From assembly GCA_016840465.1 (NCBI GenBank), contig JAEOSH010000006.1:2886-66885 (forward strand): 64,000 bases of DNA, written 5' to 3'. The stretch comes from Candidatus Baldrarchaeum yapensis. GTDB taxonomy: Archaea > Asgardarchaeota > Baldrarchaeia > Baldrarchaeales > Baldrarchaeaceae. Positions 31,355 to 40,065 of the stretch are shown in pieces (positions within the stretch are counted from its first letter, which is position 1; the number at the start of each line of letters is the position of its first letter). Position numbers and translations under genes: made by a program. Below the pieces are notes generated by a model. It made no database searches and was not told the origin of the DNA. It saw only the letters and a list, made by a program, of their open reading frames with translations.

Positions 31355-32310
31355 ATCAAAAGTTTAAGGAAGTTCCTCAGCGCGCTTATATCCCCATATA
31401 TAAACAGCACGTCACCCTCTTTTACACATATGTTTCGATCCCACAACCATTCGCTTCCTCTTCGCACAGATAACACTTTTACACCTGTCTGATTTTCAAT
31501 GTCAGCAATCTTCAATCCGTTAATTTTGGCATGCCTGTGAATCTTGATCACGAAAGGTTTCGGAAATTCCGATATTATGTCAGTAAAACACCCGAGTATG
31601 TATTCTATTACGGCGATTTTGCTCGTGCTGAGAATCTCGTCGGCAAATCCCCCTTTCTTCAAAATTTCCGCAATGTCATCGTTATAGATTCTAACGATGA
31701 TCTTCGCGTTTGGATTCAATTTTCTGATGCGCTCTGCAATCACCGGATTTACGTAATCATCATTAATCGATATAATGACCGCTCGTGCGTGTTCCACATT
31801 CGCTTCTCTTAAGACAGATGTGAGAGAGGCGTCGCCGAATATCACCGGTACACCCTTACTGATCAAATTGCTCACAAATTCGTTATGTTCCCTATCTCTC
31901 GGAAGTACTATTAGCACAAACGGTATTCCTAACTCGAGAAGTGCACTGACAACTCTACGCCCCAAGTGACCACATCCTATCACAACTATATGATCACGCA
32001 TGTGCTGTGCCCTTATTCTGGCTTTTTCATCGTAGTGCAATGTTCGAATTTCAACAAATGCCATTATAGGAGACATTTCTATCAGAAATATTATTAGGAG
32101 GCAAACACACTCCCCGATCGTGTGAGGCTCGTAGTTTAAAGAGAGAAACAGAACCAGGTTCTCGAATGTAAGCTCGACTCCAGAAGATAATGCTACCACC
32201 ACGAACAGCACTGCCAATGTTGAGAAATATATCAATGCGGTTCTTATTAGTCTGAGAAAGTAGAGAATCTCAAGGATTAAAATGTAAATATTCCTTAGGA
32301 GGCTCTTCAT
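31351..32310 (-). CDS. membrane protein with cytoplasmic TrkA-N (RCK, Rossmann) and TrkA-C domains
   Basis: 'IVVIGCGHLGRRVVSALLELGIPFVLIV' is an NAD-binding RCK motif. A C-terminal TrkA-C-like domain is present, as are 3-4 N-terminal TM helices. There is no TVGYG selectivity filter. Confidence 0.6.
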   Translation of the reverse strand: MKSLLRNIYILILEILYFLRLIRTALIYFSTLAVLFVVVALSSGVELTFENLVLFLSLNYEPHTIGECVCLLIIFLIEMSPIMAFVEIRTLHYDEKARIRAQHMRDHIVVIGCGHLGRRVVSALLELGIPFVLIVLPRDREHNEFVSNLISKGVPVIFGDASLTSVLREANVEHARAVIISINDDYVNPVIAERIRKLNPNAKIIVRIYNDDIAEILKKGGFADEILSTSKIAVIEYILGCFTDIISEFPKPFVIKIHRHAKINGLKIADIENQTGVKVLSVRRGSEWLWDRNICVKEGDVLFIYGDISALRNFLKLLI

Positions 32311-32343
32311 GTGTACCCCCTGTTGGACATGGAAACGTTTCGA

Positions 32344-33066
32344 TCATCCTATTATCTTCTTTGGGTGGTAGCAATTCCCCCATATAAGAAGCGCCCTATT
32401 AACCTTATAAAATGGTCCGCTTGCAAGATTCTCATCGTACATTTTCAAAAACAGCCTTCTGACAATATTCGTCCCACTAACATAAGGGCTGATCGCGCCT
32501 GCGCCCTTAAGTTCAAGAATTAATGTACCTGCATAGGATCGCGGCAGACCCGAGAGTTCACATCCTTTCACTATCGCGTTTGCCGATATTAAACCAAATA
32601 CCGAATTTTTGATAGCGTACTCAAATATTCGTGGCACATAACTGGCAAATTTATCTCCAATATCATCAAAATACCATACCAGTGCATCCCGGCAATCTAA
32701 GTACCCCTCGGTAATAAGTAACCTCAGAAGGTATCTGATAATCTTAGGCATTGAAAATCGTTCGTTTACAGAACACCTAAATGCCACATTTTCCCACTCA
32801 AGGCAGTCTCCTGAAATTCTCTCTTCGCTGAAGAAAGCGTTCCATTCCCATCCCAGGAAGATGATGGTATTAAATGCCTGAAGGACATTAAATTGTGAAA
32901 CATTTTTGCGCACTTCCGTTAAGATTTGACCTGCGGTTAATGTTCCATTTTTCACAAAAAGATTGAGAACCTTGGCGAAAGTCACCTTAATGGGTTCTTC
33001 CTCCTCGCTCAAATACTTCCTGCAGATTTCATTGTATATGATCTGGTGATTGTTTGAGGTCACCAC
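32344..33066 (-). CDS. hypothetical protein (240 aa), possibly a helical-repeat protein
   Basis: ORF only, upstream of and co-oriented with the RCK-domain gene. The Trp-rich helical sequence gives a weak resemblance to HEAT-like DNA-alkylation-repair proteins. Confidence 0.3.
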   Translation of the reverse strand: MVTSNNHQIIYNEICRKYLSEEEEPIKVTFAKVLNLFVKNGTLTAGQILTEVRKNVSQFNVLQAFNTIIFLGWEWNAFFSEERISGDCLEWENVAFRCSVNERFSMPKIIRYLLRLLITEGYLDCRDALVWYFDDIGDKFASYVPRIFEYAIKNSVFGLISANAIVKGCELSGLPRSYAGTLILELKGAGAISPYVSGTNIVRRLFLKMYDENLASGPFYKVNRALLIWGNCYHPKKIIG

Positions 33067-33300
33067 TATTCACCAAGCTGGGTTAATCATCGGCAAATTC
33101 TCATCTAATAACCAATTGAACAAAAATAAATCTCTTGTTTAAAGACTAATCTTCATGGAAATCGCAAATCTGCCATATGAGTTCTCTCGAACTACCTCCT
33201 AACACCGTGCAACATTCTTAGATGGAATTATATGTCAAAAGACGGGAAAAATTATTATGACCGGCGCTAACAGGTGGTTAAAGGAGGCCAATGGCGGTAA

Positions 33301-35640
33301 ATGTACATAACCGATAATATTGCCAAATTGGAAGGACTGTTGAGAAAGTGGGGTATTTCCGAGTTAAGGGAGGTACAACGCAAGGCCATAGACATGGGGC
33401 TACTCAGAGGAGAAAGTTTGATTGTATGTGCGCCAAGTGGCAGTGGTAAGACGTTAATCGGAGAGATAGCACTTGCTCTTAATGCAAATGATGGGATGGG
33501 CGTATATTTAGTGCCCTTTAAGGCTCTTGCTGACGAAAAATTTGAGGATTTCAGGAAGAAGTTTGATTGGAAGAAAGTGGGAATAACGACTGGTGATTAT
33601 GACGTAGTTCCTGAAAGTCTTAGAAACTATGACATTTTAGTCACAACATATGAAAGATTCGACAGTATACTCAGAGCGGATCCTCCCTGGTTGCGAGAAA
33701 TAAAGGTCGTAGTTGTCGATGAAATACACATGATCGGGGACAAAAATAGGGGTCCTCGACTTGAAAGTCTCCTTTTCCGCCTCTCCTCGAAATTAAAAGA
33801 ATTTCAGTTAATAGGTTTAAGCGCTACTATTGCGAATCCGGAAGAAATTGCCGAGTGGCTGGGTTGTAAACTTGTAATGAGCAACAAACGCCCAGTTCCT
33901 CTCAAGTATCAGGTAGTTCTCTGTAAAAACAAAAGAAAGGAGATACTTGAATTATCGAGGAGATGTTTGGAGGAGGGAGGGCAGGCGCTTATCTTTGTTC
34001 TAACTAGGAGAGAGGCGGAAGACGTGGCGGTGATGCTGTCCGAAGTCAGTGAGGAATTTCTGAGTACAGATGATAGAAAAACTCTCGAAAATATTGCTAA
34101 AGACTTAGAAAAGGAGGATATGCCATCGATCTCAAAGAGGCTTGCGATGATTTTGCGGCTCGGCGCGGCGTTTCATCATGCCGGTCTTCCTCATAGGGAT
34201 AGATCCTTAGTTGAGAAATTATTTAGGGATAAGGTGCTTAAGCTGTTGTCTTGTACAACAACGTTGAGTGCAGGGGTGAATTTACCCGCTCGGTACGTGA
34301 TACTAAAAGATGTCACTAGAAAGAGAGGAAAGAAGATATCAACAGCGTTAGGGGCCAACGAGTTTCACCAAATATTAGGCAGGGCCGGCCGTCCCGGCTT
34401 TGATGACATAGGGATAGGTGTGGTATTAAGTTCGTCTCATAGGGAATTGCAATACATAAAGAGAAGGTACTTTTCCGGTGATGGGTTGGATCCAGTATAC
34501 GACAATGTTTTAAGTGCCATGATGCACTTTGATGCGCTTACAGAGCAGGTGCTTCTGCGAATTTTCGAGGAAGAACCCACGAGTATAGACTCTCTAGTGC
34601 AGTACTTCTCTGGGACATTCTGGGGTTGGAAAGTCGGCGGTCGCGAGGCGATTTCAAGAATTTTTTACTCAGAAGCAAAGGACGTTCTCAGAGGACTTAA
34701 GGAGATTTGTATGGATGCCCGCACATTGGAAGTTGACATTTTAGAATTCAACGGCATTTCTGTAAAGGCTCGGGTGCAAAGCGAGTCCTCATCGAAATGG
34801 TATAGGGTTCAAATAGATGCAAGCGGTAATGCGCAGTGTTCATGTCCCGATTTCAAGTTTAGGAGGAGAAAAGAAGGAGAACTCTGTAAGCATCTTGCAA
34901 CTCTAGTAAGATACATTGTTGAAGAGGGGATCGGCGACGCAATACCAGTGGTGCTCGATTATATTCGTATTACAAGAAATGTTGAGGTATCTCCGATATC
35001 TTACTTAAGGATCGGGGGCTTCATCTCATCTTCCCGTGATGGAACCCTTCATTGCACGAAGTTCGGAAAAACCACAATACTCCTCTATATAAAGCCAAAA
35101 ACTGCGCTGTTCCTTAGAGGTGGAATTATTCGCGTCGGAGATCCTTTAGAGAAATATCTTATTGAACTAGCCATACATGCTGCTCACTTAGAGGATAACG
35201 AGAAAATCGGGCCGCGCAGAATGAAAAGGTACGTGGATGCACTGCTTATGTGGATAGATGAATATCGAGAATCGGAGATTTGCGATAGTTGTAAAATAGA
35301 TCCGGGAGATTTCCAAATGCTCAGGGATAGAGCAACATGGATGATGCATTCGATCTCCATACTGGCATCACTCTTTAATAGGGGGAACGTTGCAGAGACC
35401 GCAAGAAAACTGGAGGAGAGGTTGAAACACGGCGTCAGGGAGGAGTTATTGCCAATATTAAGAATGAGAGTCGAGGGCCTCGGTAGGGTGAGGGCAAGGA
35501 TACTTTTCAATGCAGGGTTCAAAACCCCGGAGGATCTCAAGAATGCAACCTTAGAGACTCTTACAAGGTTGCCGAGCATAGGCAAGAATCTCGCGAGCAG
35601 AATACTCAGCCGATTGAAGCATAATACCATGGAACATTGA
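33301..35640 (+). CDS. Ski2/Hel308-like superfamily-2 DNA helicase with an embedded SWIM zinc finger and C-terminal HhH
   Basis: Motif I 'CAPSGSGKT', motif II 'DEIHMIGD', motif VI 'QILGRAGRPGFD', the SWIM pattern 'CSCPDFKFRRRKEGELCKH' (CxCx14CxH) and a C-terminal 'LTRLPSIGKNLASRIL' helix-hairpin-helix. Confidence 0.8.
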   Translation: MYITDNIAKLEGLLRKWGISELREVQRKAIDMGLLRGESLIVCAPSGSGKTLIGEIALALNANDGMGVYLVPFKALADEKFEDFRKKFDWKKVGITTGDYDVVPESLRNYDILVTTYERFDSILRADPPWLREIKVVVVDEIHMIGDKNRGPRLESLLFRLSSKLKEFQLIGLSATIANPEEIAEWLGCKLVMSNKRPVPLKYQVVLCKNKRKEILELSRRCLEEGGQALIFVLTRREAEDVAVMLSEVSEEFLSTDDRKTLENIAKDLEKEDMPSISKRLAMILRLGAAFHHAGLPHRDRSLVEKLFRDKVLKLLSCTTTLSAGVNLPARYVILKDVTRKRGKKISTALGANEFHQILGRAGRPGFDDIGIGVVLSSSHRELQYIKRRYFSGDGLDPVYDNVLSAMMHFDALTEQVLLRIFEEEPTSIDSLVQYFSGTFWGWKVGGREAISRIFYSEAKDVLRGLKEICMDARTLEVDILEFNGISVKARVQSESSSKWYRVQIDASGNAQCSCPDFKFRRRKEGELCKHLATLVRYIVEEGIGDAIPVVLDYIRITRNVEVSPISYLRIGGFISSSRDGTLHCTKFGKTTILLYIKPKTALFLRGGIIRVGDPLEKYLIELAIHAAHLEDNEKIGPRRMKRYVDALLMWIDEYRESEICDSCKIDPGDFQMLRDRATWMMHSISILASLFNRGNVAETARKLEERLKHGVREELLPILRMRVEGLGRVRARILFNAGFKTPEDLKNATLETLTRLPSIGKNLASRILSRLKHNTMEH

Positions 35641-35683
35641 AATTAAGTGAAAATGCCATTTGTAGTTGATATTTTCGTAATTT

Positions 35684-37195
35684 ATGGCCCAAGAAAGAGA
35701 AATAATGGAAACTCACCTGAATTCTCAGCACCTTTATTTCACGGGATCGGATAGTATTGATGATGTTACGAAGCGATCAATCCGTGCGGTGAGAGTAACA
35801 ATGGACAAGTTAAGAGAGGTTCTTGACAAAATGTTTCATGCAAAATCCATAGCGATAATAGGGGCCTCTCCTCGCCCTGGAAGCGTTGGGAACCTTTTCC
35901 TAAAAAGATTAATGGATTTCGGATATTCAGGAAAACTATTCCCGGTGAATCCCCGATATCAGGAGATATACGGGTTGAAGTGCTATCCCAGCGTAAGGGA
36001 AATACCAGAGGAAGTGGATCTAGCAATAATAACAATACCTGCAAATCTTGTTCTCAGAGCCGTCAAAGAGTGTGCGGAAAAGGGAGTGCCTGGAGTGGTT
36101 ATAGTCAGTGGAGGATTTAAGGAATTGGGAGAAGAGGGAAGAAGACTGGAGGAAGAATTGACGAGGATAGCGAAAGAAACGGGGATCAGAATAATCGGCC
36201 CCAATTGCATGGGGATATACTGCCCGTCGTCTCAGATAACATTTCACGATAAGTTTCCAAAAGAAAGCGGGGATATAGGTTTCATTTCGCATAGCGGAGG
36301 CCTGTGTGAGCTATTTGTTCTGATGATGGGGGAAAGAGGCCTCGCGATGAGTAAGGTCATAAGTTGCGGAAACGAGTGTGATTTGAAGTTTGTAGATTTT
36401 CTAGAATATCTCGAGGACGACGAAGAGACACGTGTAATAACCGGATATGTGGAGCAAATACGAGAGGGAAGACGGTTTCTCGAGGTTGCGAAGAGAGTGA
36501 CTAAAAAGAAGCCAGTGATAATATGGAAGGCCGGAAGGGGATCCGCGGGTCAGCGGGCCATCTTCTCTCACACTGGTGCACTCGGCGGATCCGATAAAAT
36601 CTATAATGCCGTATTCAAACAGGTTGGTGTTCTGAGAGTCAATTGTCTAGAGGAGATTATCGACTTAGCTATGACATTCCATTGCTTATCCCCCAGAAAA
36701 GTGAGAAATGTTGCAGTGATTACTGGACCTGGAGGTTTGGGAGTTGCAATGGTCGATGCCTTCGAGTCCGCAGGCCTTCAGGTGCCTGAATTTTCAAAGG
36801 AAACGCAAGATCGCCTTAAGAAAATAATGCCACCCGTAGCGGGAGTAAAGAACCCTGCGGATCTGACTCTTGCGATTTTCGAGGATATAGATTTGACACG
36901 AAAGGCCATTGAAATAATCAAAGAAGATGACAGGATTGACGCAATTGCGGTCGGAATAGCGGGCGCGATAGCATACCTATCTCCTGACGCGGTCAACAGA
37001 ATACTAGGTGGAGTCTTAGAGGCATCAAAGGAGTCCGAAAAACCCGTTGTTGCCGTATGGCCTCATGTTGGCCGGCTATGGAGTTACGTTAGAGAATTCG
37101 TCAGATCAGGGGTTCCTGTATACACTTTCCCTGAAGACGCAGCAAGAGGGCTTAGAGCGCTTGACTGGTACTATACCCGTACATCTGCAAAATAG
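35684..37195 (+). CDS. NDP-forming acyl-CoA synthetase alpha subunit (acetate–CoA ligase [ADP-forming]-like, CoA-binding plus ligase-CoA domains)
   Basis: 'SIAIIGASPRPGSVGN', 'GVPGVVIVSGGF', 'IGPNCMGI' and the phosphohistidine-region 'ISHSGG'. The probable start is an internal Met near 35800. Confidence 0.75.
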   Translation: MAQEREIMETHLNSQHLYFTGSDSIDDVTKRSIRAVRVTMDKLREVLDKMFHAKSIAIIGASPRPGSVGNLFLKRLMDFGYSGKLFPVNPRYQEIYGLKCYPSVREIPEEVDLAIITIPANLVLRAVKECAEKGVPGVVIVSGGFKELGEEGRRLEEELTRIAKETGIRIIGPNCMGIYCPSSQITFHDKFPKESGDIGFISHSGGLCELFVLMMGERGLAMSKVISCGNECDLKFVDFLEYLEDDEETRVITGYVEQIREGRRFLEVAKRVTKKKPVIIWKAGRGSAGQRAIFSHTGALGGSDKIYNAVFKQVGVLRVNCLEEIIDLAMTFHCLSPRKVRNVAVITGPGGLGVAMVDAFESAGLQVPEFSKETQDRLKKIMPPVAGVKNPADLTLAIFEDIDLTRKAIEIIKEDDRIDAIAVGIAGAIAYLSPDAVNRILGGVLEASKESEKPVVAVWPHVGRLWSYVREFVRSGVPVYTFPEDAARGLRALDWYYTRTSAK

Positions 37196-37240
37196 TCGAA
37201 AGTTCCTCTTACACCCCTGTTTCTCAATTACGAAGAACGA

Positions 37241-37284
37241 ATTTCATAAACTCATAAGTTTATAAACTTATGAGTTTATGAAAT
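37241..37284. promoter_or_regulatory. 44-bp perfect palindrome centred on a TTTATAAA TATA-like box, about 15 nt upstream of the ATPase-nuclease gene
   Basis: Read directly: ATTTCATAAACTCATAAGTTTA|TAAACTTATGAGTTTATGAAAT. The central 8 nt are TTTATAAA. Confidence 0.5.
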
Positions 37285-37298
37285 CTTGGTGTTAAACG

Positions 37299-38885
37299 TT
37301 GTCCTACCTGTTACCAGTGACGGGCGAGGACTTCTTCGATCGGGAGCGAGAACTGGAGATCTTGGAAAGTGGGAAGAATATAGCACTTATAGGACCTAGA
37401 AAGTCGGGAAAGACATCTATAATATTTGAATTTGTACGAAGACATCCCGAGAAGAGAATTGCTTACGTGTATGTTCTTTTCCAGGAAGACATCAATAGCT
37501 TAATTTCAAGAATGGCAAGATCGGTGCTAATGGTAATACTAAGAGTAAGGGATGAAGTGCCGGCGCTTGATGATCTGATATCCGCAGCTATGGACAAGGT
37601 GCCGGAAATATCGGCTCTCCTATATAATCTTATGCGACATATCAGGAAGCAAAGACATGAGGAGGCTCTCGAGGCATTAGCTAATGTTTGCGAGAAAACC
37701 GGAACCGTAATCGCCATAGATGAGTTTCAGAACGTTTTTCAATTAGAGAAGTTCGTAGATATTCTGCGCATGATCTTACTCAAGTATAGAAAGGTACAAT
37801 GGATAATAACTGGATCCAGCATAGGAATCATGAAGGAACTGCTCATGGAACCATCATCTCCCCTTTTTGGGCACTTTGAGGTCGTATGGGTCGGCGCATT
37901 TGATATGCCCACGGCTTCAGAGTTTCTGGAGTTCTTACTAAGGCGTACCCAATTTTCGATGCCACCCGATGTGAAACAATACATTCTTGCAATTTCAGGA
38001 GGCTTCCCATTCTACATCTCAATCATTGTCTCAAAGTCCGTAGAGAAAGCCAAAACCAAACGAAAAGGGAAAATAGTCCCTTGGAGCGATGTCATGGAAA
38101 CCTTAGAGGAAGAATTGTGCCATCCGGAGGGCACTCTGTACAGGCATTTTATAGAAACTCTAGAGAAGGGTATGAAACGAAGAAATGTGGGGAAATATAT
38201 AGACGTACTTTACTGGATCGCAAAAGGAGCGTCAGATTTAACGACCATATCCAAAAACACAGGATTCAGCCCGCAGCACTGTCTGAAAATACTCAGATTT
38301 CTCGAAAAAAGCATGTTAATAGAGAGAGTGGGGGATAGTTACTTTCTGAAGGACCCTCTCATGGACATATGGCTCAAGAGAATATATGAGTTGATGAGCC
38401 GAGAATACTCCCCGGTAAGGGACTTTACACAAATAAAACTGATGTTAAAAGAGTATTTGGACGAATTGAGAAAGCAGATTTCGATAGGTGCGGAGGCAAG
38501 GATCAGAGAATTGCTTAGAGCATTCGATGGAAGAAGGAAGATACCAATAGCTGGAGAAATTGTAAGGACCCCAACATTTCAAATGGTGTCGAGGATTACA
38601 TGGAATGGTAATGAAATAGATGTTCTCGCAATCGGGTCCGAGGTGTGGGTTTTAGAAGTAAAAACCGGGTCTGTGAAATATGAAGATCTGAAAACCTTCG
38701 CTAGGAAAATAGATGACGCGATAAAATCCGGAGTTATTAAGCGTGTTGACAGAAGAATACTCGCATGCCTCGGTGATATTAAAGAGAATCTGGTAACAGA
38801 AGCAGATAAGCTCGGTATCAAGATTTGGAGAAAAGAGGAGATTAACAAAGCCATGCGGATTTTCGGTTATTATCCATTCCTGTAA
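37299..38885 (+). CDS. Arch-ATPase (Orc/Cdc6-related AAA+) fused to a C-terminal DUF234-type PD-(D/E)xK nuclease-like domain
   Basis: Walker A 'LIGPRKSGKTSI', Walker B 'VIAIDEFQ', and a C-terminal 'NEIDVLAIGSEVWVLEVKTG' (D…ExK). It has a non-ATG (TTG/GTG) start and is paralogous to the 60475-61896 gene. Confidence 0.75.
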   Translation: MSYLLPVTGEDFFDRERELEILESGKNIALIGPRKSGKTSIIFEFVRRHPEKRIAYVYVLFQEDINSLISRMARSVLMVILRVRDEVPALDDLISAAMDKVPEISALLYNLMRHIRKQRHEEALEALANVCEKTGTVIAIDEFQNVFQLEKFVDILRMILLKYRKVQWIITGSSIGIMKELLMEPSSPLFGHFEVVWVGAFDMPTASEFLEFLLRRTQFSMPPDVKQYILAISGGFPFYISIIVSKSVEKAKTKRKGKIVPWSDVMETLEEELCHPEGTLYRHFIETLEKGMKRRNVGKYIDVLYWIAKGASDLTTISKNTGFSPQHCLKILRFLEKSMLIERVGDSYFLKDPLMDIWLKRIYELMSREYSPVRDFTQIKLMLKEYLDELRKQISIGAEARIRELLRAFDGRRKIPIAGEIVRTPTFQMVSRITWNGNEIDVLAIGSEVWVLEVKTGSVKYEDLKTFARKIDDAIKSGVIKRVDRRILACLGDIKENLVTEADKLGIKIWRKEEINKAMRIFGYYPFL

Positions 38886-38888
38886 TGA

Positions 38889-40061
38889 TTACTTGCGGGC
38901 GACGATAATTACGCTTGCCACGGAAAATGGCCCGCCCAGATTGTGCGCAAACCCTATTTCAGCATCTTTGACCTGTAACCCTTCTGCTCTGCCTAAAACC
39001 TGTCGTGTGAGTTCTACAACCATTCTACAGCCTGTCGCTCCAATTGGATGCCCGAAACACTTGAGTCCCCCATCAGGGTTTATAGGAAAGTCCCCGTGAA
39101 TGGTCGTAACTTCCTCTCTTATGAGATCAGCACCCTCTCCAGGTTTACACAACCTCATATCTTGATAGTCCAACAGCTCCGTTATTGTAAAACAGTCATG
39201 CACAATACCAAAATCTAGTTCTTTACGCGGATCTTCAATCCCTGCCATCTTGTAAGCCATATCAGCAGCCTTTCTCGTCGATGGGAAGCCTAGGAAATCA
39301 AAATTCGGATCAAGCCACGGTGTTGCTGTTTCGACGGCAAGTCCTAGCCCCTTTATAACAGCATACTCATCACCTACCAACTTCCTAGCAATTTCGGGCC
39401 TTGTTAGAACGACGGCGGCAGCACCATCCGAAACCGCGCAACAATCGTACAACCCCAATGGATATGCAATTATGGGAGCCTTAAGCGCGGTTTCTATATC
39501 TATCTTCCTGCGAAAGTGCGCCTTGGGATGATAATAACCATTATAGTGGTTTTTAACCGCAACCTTTGCTAGGTCTTCTTTTGTCCAACCCCATACCTTA
39601 AACGCTCTGACCGCGCAAAGTGCAAACATTGCAGGAGCAGATAGACGCGGTAATACCGGTTGCGGATTCATTTCACCGACGCCAGGTAATCCTCTTGCTC
39701 CTTGATCGAGAATTTTCTCCACACCGCAAGCAATAACTATGTCATACAGCCCTGATGCAACTGCAATAGCAGCATTCCGAATAGCGTCCATTCCCGAAGC
39801 ACAATAGTTCTCTACTCTCGTAACTGGCTTGCCGAAGATCTTAAGGGGCTCGGAAAACGCAGTACCGCCAACTCCACTGAAAGTGTAGAACGTTGCAACC
39901 CATATCCCGTCAACGTCCTTAACAGGGTCTATATTAGCCTCGTTACACGCCTCATGTACCGCCTCTACTAACAAATCCTCAGCATCCTTATCCCATATCT
40001 CTCCAAACTTCGTGACACCTGTACCTATAATCGCAACTTTATCCTTCAAACTGCCAATCAC
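38889..40061 (-). CDS. archaeal thiolase (acetyl-CoA C-acetyltransferase, SCP-x-type)
   Basis: 'VAIIGTGVTKFG', 'VENYCASGMDAI' (active-site Cys), 'GHPIGATGCRM' and 'CVSDGAAAVVL'. It is co-operonic with HMG-CoA synthase. Confidence 0.85.
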   Translation of the reverse strand: MIGSLKDKVAIIGTGVTKFGEIWDKDAEDLLVEAVHEACNEANIDPVKDVDGIWVATFYTFSGVGGTAFSEPLKIFGKPVTRVENYCASGMDAIRNAAIAVASGLYDIVIACGVEKILDQGARGLPGVGEMNPQPVLPRLSAPAMFALCAVRAFKVWGWTKEDLAKVAVKNHYNGYYHPKAHFRRKIDIETALKAPIIAYPLGLYDCCAVSDGAAAVVLTRPEIARKLVGDEYAVIKGLGLAVETATPWLDPNFDFLGFPSTRKAADMAYKMAGIEDPRKELDFGIVHDCFTITELLDYQDMRLCKPGEGADLIREEVTTIHGDFPINPDGGLKCFGHPIGATGCRMVVELTRQVLGRAEGLQVKDAEIGFAHNLGGPFSVASVIIVARK

Positions 40062-40065
40062 CCTA

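Noticed and set aside
37241-37284. Palindrome as a rho-independent-like terminator hairpin for the upstream acyl-CoA synthetase alpha gene.
   Set aside because: No T-tract follows it. A 21-bp perfect stem is atypical for archaeal terminators. The second analogous element at 60416-60463 lies in a divergent promoter region with no upstream gene to terminate. Both are centred on TATA sequences.
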